A stretch of DNA of 61,528 nucleotides, filler included, from Nemertoderma westbladi (Eukaryota > Animalia > Xenacoelomorpha), in the NCBI GenBank assembly GCA_032718475.1. It is 3 parts of 3 records of this genome, joined end to end, with 100 filler letters (N's around TTAATTAATTAA, not from the genome) between each part and the next. Parts side by side here need not be neighbours in the genome. Positions count along the whole stretch, not along the records: positions 54,410 to 61,528 come from JAUCBJ010007637.1; 2 more parts are not named here. One strand, written 5' to 3'. The notes below the pieces were generated by a model, which was not told the DNA's origin, searched no databases, and saw only the letters and a program-made list of their open reading frames with translations. A program made the translations under genes and the position numbers. This document shows positions 57,752-61,528 of the stretch, one piece after another. Each line of letters opens with the position of its first letter. The stretch's first letter is position 1.

Positions 57752-58901
57752 TTGTATACCCCCAATAAAGGAGGATATCTCTTATGAATATTCTGTCTTA
57801 TAAACTGGTAGAGGCCGAGTTAGACACAAACATTCGTTTTACTTCTCCGTGAGTTTTTCCCCTGTTGTGATTTTCAAATATAATATTTCTGTAAAGTATC
57901 ATTCAATTTATACACAAACACGCACAGGGTGCTTCTCTACAGACTACAGCTACCTCAGTTTCCTGACAAATCAGTATGTAAGGGTAATTCATGCAGCTGG
58001 GAATTTCCAAACATCCCAAATAAATTGACTTACAGCATAAGGCCAATTATAGAAAAGTGAAATATGGGATTCTTAATACTTCACAGAAGGGGCACCGTTA
58101 ATAAAAAATATTATTATCCCCTTGCTTTCATTTTTAAATATATTATTACCTTCCACTAAAATAACTGAATAATGTTACTTAATTATCCAATCTCTGATTG
58201 GCTAATGCTTAGTCCGAAACTTGGAAATTTTTCAAAGTTTCAAAATCGTATTAAATCCTTAAATCTTAAAATTCAAGTAATAGTTAATCAGGCATGACGC
58301 AATATATGATAAGTTTGAAATTAAATATAAAATCTTTAAAAAATTAAAATCGCGACTCATTTTTGTTATTTACTAAATTGTTACCTAAAAATGTATAATA
58401 ACCTTCTAACCTATTTGCTCTGTAATATTTGTTCAGAAAATAATCCACCACCGATTGAGTTATAGTGATTGTTGTTAGTGCCAAAAGTTATTATTTAATA
58501 TATTTGATTTGTCTTATATAATAATGTGGTAATTATTTGAGGTTGGTAAATATATAATCAACTTTAAGGCTGTGCGGTGCTACTATAGATAAGCCCAGAC
58601 TCCAGTACTATTTATTCAGGAGTGGCATTATATGTATAATAATATACTTGTTAGTCAATTAGCAGGCGATTTTATATCAATTATAATAAAGATTAATTAT
58701 CTTTACTCCCAGTGAGTATGCAAAGCATAATCTTACTGAAAGAGTAATGTTATTTATTTATTAATGTCTAACCGATTGCAAACTTATATGCAATTTATAA
58801 CAAATTGTTTAGAATCTATTGAATATAATATATAATCCTCATGTAGCAAAATCTATATTAATTGTATCTATGTAGCAAAATTTATATAAATAATTCTAAT
58901 C

Positions 58902-60592
58902 ATGGCGGTTAAGGAACTAATGCAGATATCCGAAGGAGAGGAGAGTGAAATTGATACAACCGAAACGATTCCATTAATACAAAAACCAACTCTAAATCGA
59001 CGACGCCGTCTGCTGTTGGTAACCGCTACTAGTTTGTGTAACTGCATTGGTTACATTTCTTACACAATTCTAGCCCCTTTCTACCCACTGGAAGCTGAGA
59101 AGAGGGGTCTGGGAACAACCGAAACTGGTATTGTTATTTCAATATTTGCCTTGGTCAGCGTTGTGTTCTCGCCCATTTATGGAAAATATCTCGACTTTTT
59201 TGGAATGAAACAGGCATATATATCTGGGCTGTTCGTATGCGGCATGGCTAATGTGTGTTTCGCCTTTCTCAATTATATTGATGATGGGTGGGTTTTCTTC
59301 ATTTTGTCAATAGAAGCAAGAATTTTTCAATCTCTTGGGATCAGTCTATATTTCACAGCATCATATGCTGCTGTTATTGAAGAATGTAAAGATAACGTGA
59401 ACTTTGTAGTTGGAATGTTGGAATTCTTCATCGGAATCGGGGCTATGATAGGCCCCCCAGTGGGAGGGGCGATTTATGAACTGTTGGGGTTTATTGGTCC
59501 TTTTATGTTATGTGGAATATCGTTAATAATAATTTCATTTGTCGCCTTCTTCATTGTTCCTGCGAATAAAGGTGGCGCTCCAAGTTCAGGAAAATTAAGC
59601 GATGCTATTAAAATACCAGCTCTGCACATAACAGTGTTTACATCACTATCTGCAGTAGCAGCTACAGGGATATTGATACCAACACTTTCTCTATTCTTAG
59701 AAACAGCATTCGGAATGAGGTAGGTCAGTTCCATGTTTATTCTGTAGATGAGATTCTACATATTCAAATACCAGTAGAGTATCCGAGGGGTTTTGGATTT
59801 TAATACTTTTAGAATAGAAGCATTGAAGACTCTTATTATGATCTTAAATAAACAGTCCTTCCTTTCAATCCCTGTATCATTATCTTTCCCCTCCAACCTC
59901 TGTGTCAATGTTACAGCCACCATACACAGCCACCAATACTTTACCGGTCTTTGAGCAGATTTTACTTTATTTTAATTAAATTGCTTTTATATACGTTACA
60001 CTAACACCGCTGAGGACGCCGGTAAGGGTGAAATGCGCATACGGTAAACCAATTATAATTTTTATTTAAACGTGGCAAGACCCACACCTACTCCCTTATA
60101 GTCTCGGATATGCTCGGAGTTCCCTCAACCTTAATGAATACGCCACGCTCGACGTCTTTTAGAAACGTTAGAATACTTAAATACTTACTCTTTTAGAATA
60201 CTTAAACCATTACTTTGATTGCCAAATTGTATGTGTAGTGTGTCTTCCATATCTGACTATACACTTGAATACTTGTTTCATGCATGTGAAGTGAAGAAAA
60301 CATTAACATGGTATAATATAGATGAACGATCAATACTTGTTTATTTGTTGCATTTATAGCCCCTTCCACATTGGGCTGATGTTCCTTGCACAGAATCTCA
60401 CTTATGGGATTGGAGCATTCGCTGTAGGACGTTTCTGCGACAAGTTCGGCTACACAAAACAGGTACTCCTGGTGTCTATGGTAATCCTATTCATTGGATA
60501 CCAGTTGATGGGACCCGCTTCATGGCTGCCATTTCCTAGTATGTTACCTTTGACCGGAGTTTGTCTGTTTGTAACTGGATTCGGAATTTCAG
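58902..60592 (+). CDS. SLC18B1: MFS transporter, SLC18B1-like; exons 58902-59719 and 60360-60592, further exon(s) probably beyond the window
   Basis: TILAPFYPLEAEKRG, FSPIYGK, GMLEFFIGIGAMIGPPVGG.IYE..GF..PF and PTLSLF. Donor AG|GTAGGT at 59719/20, acceptor TTTATAG|C at 60359/60 restoring the frame (GMSPFHIGLMF), next donor CAG|GTTGGT at 60592/3. The symbol indicates family resemblance, not proven orthology. Confidence 0.85.
59800..60145 (+). mobile_element. Penelope-like element 3' remnant with minimal hammerhead motif, inside the MFS intron
   Basis: RIEALK...LNKQ..S resembles a GIY-YIG C-terminus; ACCG-CTGAGGA-...-GAAA-TGCGCA-TA-CGGT at 60006-60045. Confidence 0.55.
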
Positions 60593-60910
60593 GTTGGTAT
60601 TCCAGCTACATAATATTATCCACTATGTTTGTCCTTGTATCTTTCAGTAGGTGGATCCAATATTCCAAATTCTGCAACACAATGACGGGAATAGATATTA
60701 TTATTATTATATATTCAACAAGTCACATGACTATTTTTGCACAGATACACAAACAAATTAACCAGTTACATGAATACTTACATAAAAAACAAATATAATA
60801 AAACAATAATACATATAATAAATACAATAAATAATACAAAATAACAAACAAAATATTTGTAATTATTCCCTGAGTAATACTGAGTCTACTGAGGAACTGC
60901 CTATCTACAG

Positions 60911-61528
60911 TAGGGTGGAGTGAAAAAAATTTGTTCTTTATTTTTAAGGGAAGCACTATTTTTCTGATGCCAAATCGGTCTAAACTTTGATTTCGAAAAA
61001 TTCTAAGCGGGCCTCACGACACTTGAAAATTTCAAATTTTTGGGAAGGCAATGCCATTTTTGAAAATTCCAGATATTTTGTATTTTCGATAAAAGTTAAG
61101 GAAGATGCAAATATATAATGTCAAATAGGTTGGAAACAAACACAAAATGTGAAATTGTGATTTTCATATAAATCTACCCCAGCCTCACGGCCTTTAAAAT
61201 TTGCCAAATTTCACCATTAAAATACAGCAAACCTACTTCGTAGTCTCTGTAGTTGAAATCGATTTTCTGGGGTTTGGAGTTCTTCATGGGCGAAAACCAA
61301 GTCCCCTGATTTGATTACTACTATATTTCAATGCTAGGAACCCAGATAGCTGGCTGTGAATTTGCCTTTGGATCAAGATTCTACAGATCAAGTCCCCCAA
61401 AAGAGGCTGCAAAGTAAATAATGTTTAAGTTTCAGCTTGAATAAATTAAAAAAAAAACGAAATAAGATAACTTTTCACTATCAGTCTTGTTGCCCTCTAC
61501 AAAGAGACTCGAGAACTGCATATCGATG
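60911..61528. mobile_element. Possible hATm-like DNA transposon end
   Basis: Begins TAGGGTG, like the reverse complement of the 49270-49276 terminus; repeated GCCTCACG subterminal motif; other end not seen. Confidence 0.35.

Noticed and set aside
56162-57803. Cys-rich repeat proteins on both strands
   Set aside because: Explained by the 51-bp tandem repeat; no ATG start, signal peptide or synonymous-site variation pattern.
60593-60798. C-terminal part of ORF 60322-60798 as coding
   Set aside because: Lies beyond a good splice donor at 60593 and loses MFS-like character; the ORF start before 60360 is also intronic.

Overview
Repeat-dense region of an AT-rich eukaryotic (invertebrate animal-like) genome assembly. 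Two N-gaps carry an artificial TTAATTAATTAA linker (31261-31360, 54310-54409), so contiguity across them is not guaranteed. Only two host-like genes are seen: an intronless, motif-divergent SLC6/NSS transporter (13709-15793, -) and a spliced SLC18B1-like MFS transporter (from 58902, +). The rest is nested mobile DNA and satellites: several LINEs (CR1/L2-group, L2, RTE fragments, one near-complete two-ORF LINE), a decayed Tc1/mariner, an internally deleted BEL/Pao LTR element plus a related truncated copy, a young intact Ty3/Gypsy element, a 6.2-kb Mutator-like element (103-bp TIRs, 9-bp TSD) containing a foldback MITE and an intact hAT(m)-like transposase, Academ-like and other MITEs, a Nin/Deu-type SINE, a Penelope-like remnant with a hammerhead motif, and 21-bp and 51-bp satellites. 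The best candidate for something undescribed is an intronless, repeated gene encoding a WRN/MUT-7/EXD-like DEDDy 3'-5' exonuclease domain joined, across one frameshift, to three CCHC zinc knuckles and a basic tail (37999-40795, +). A diverged decayed paralogue lies at 11669-12990 (-), and both copies abut LTRs of the same BEL family. Also notable is a LINE whose ORF1 and AUG-less ORF2 are in frame across a single UGA-CAA stop, with a C2H2-type zinc finger ahead of the endonuclease. All family assignments come from motif recognition by eye; no database searches were run.
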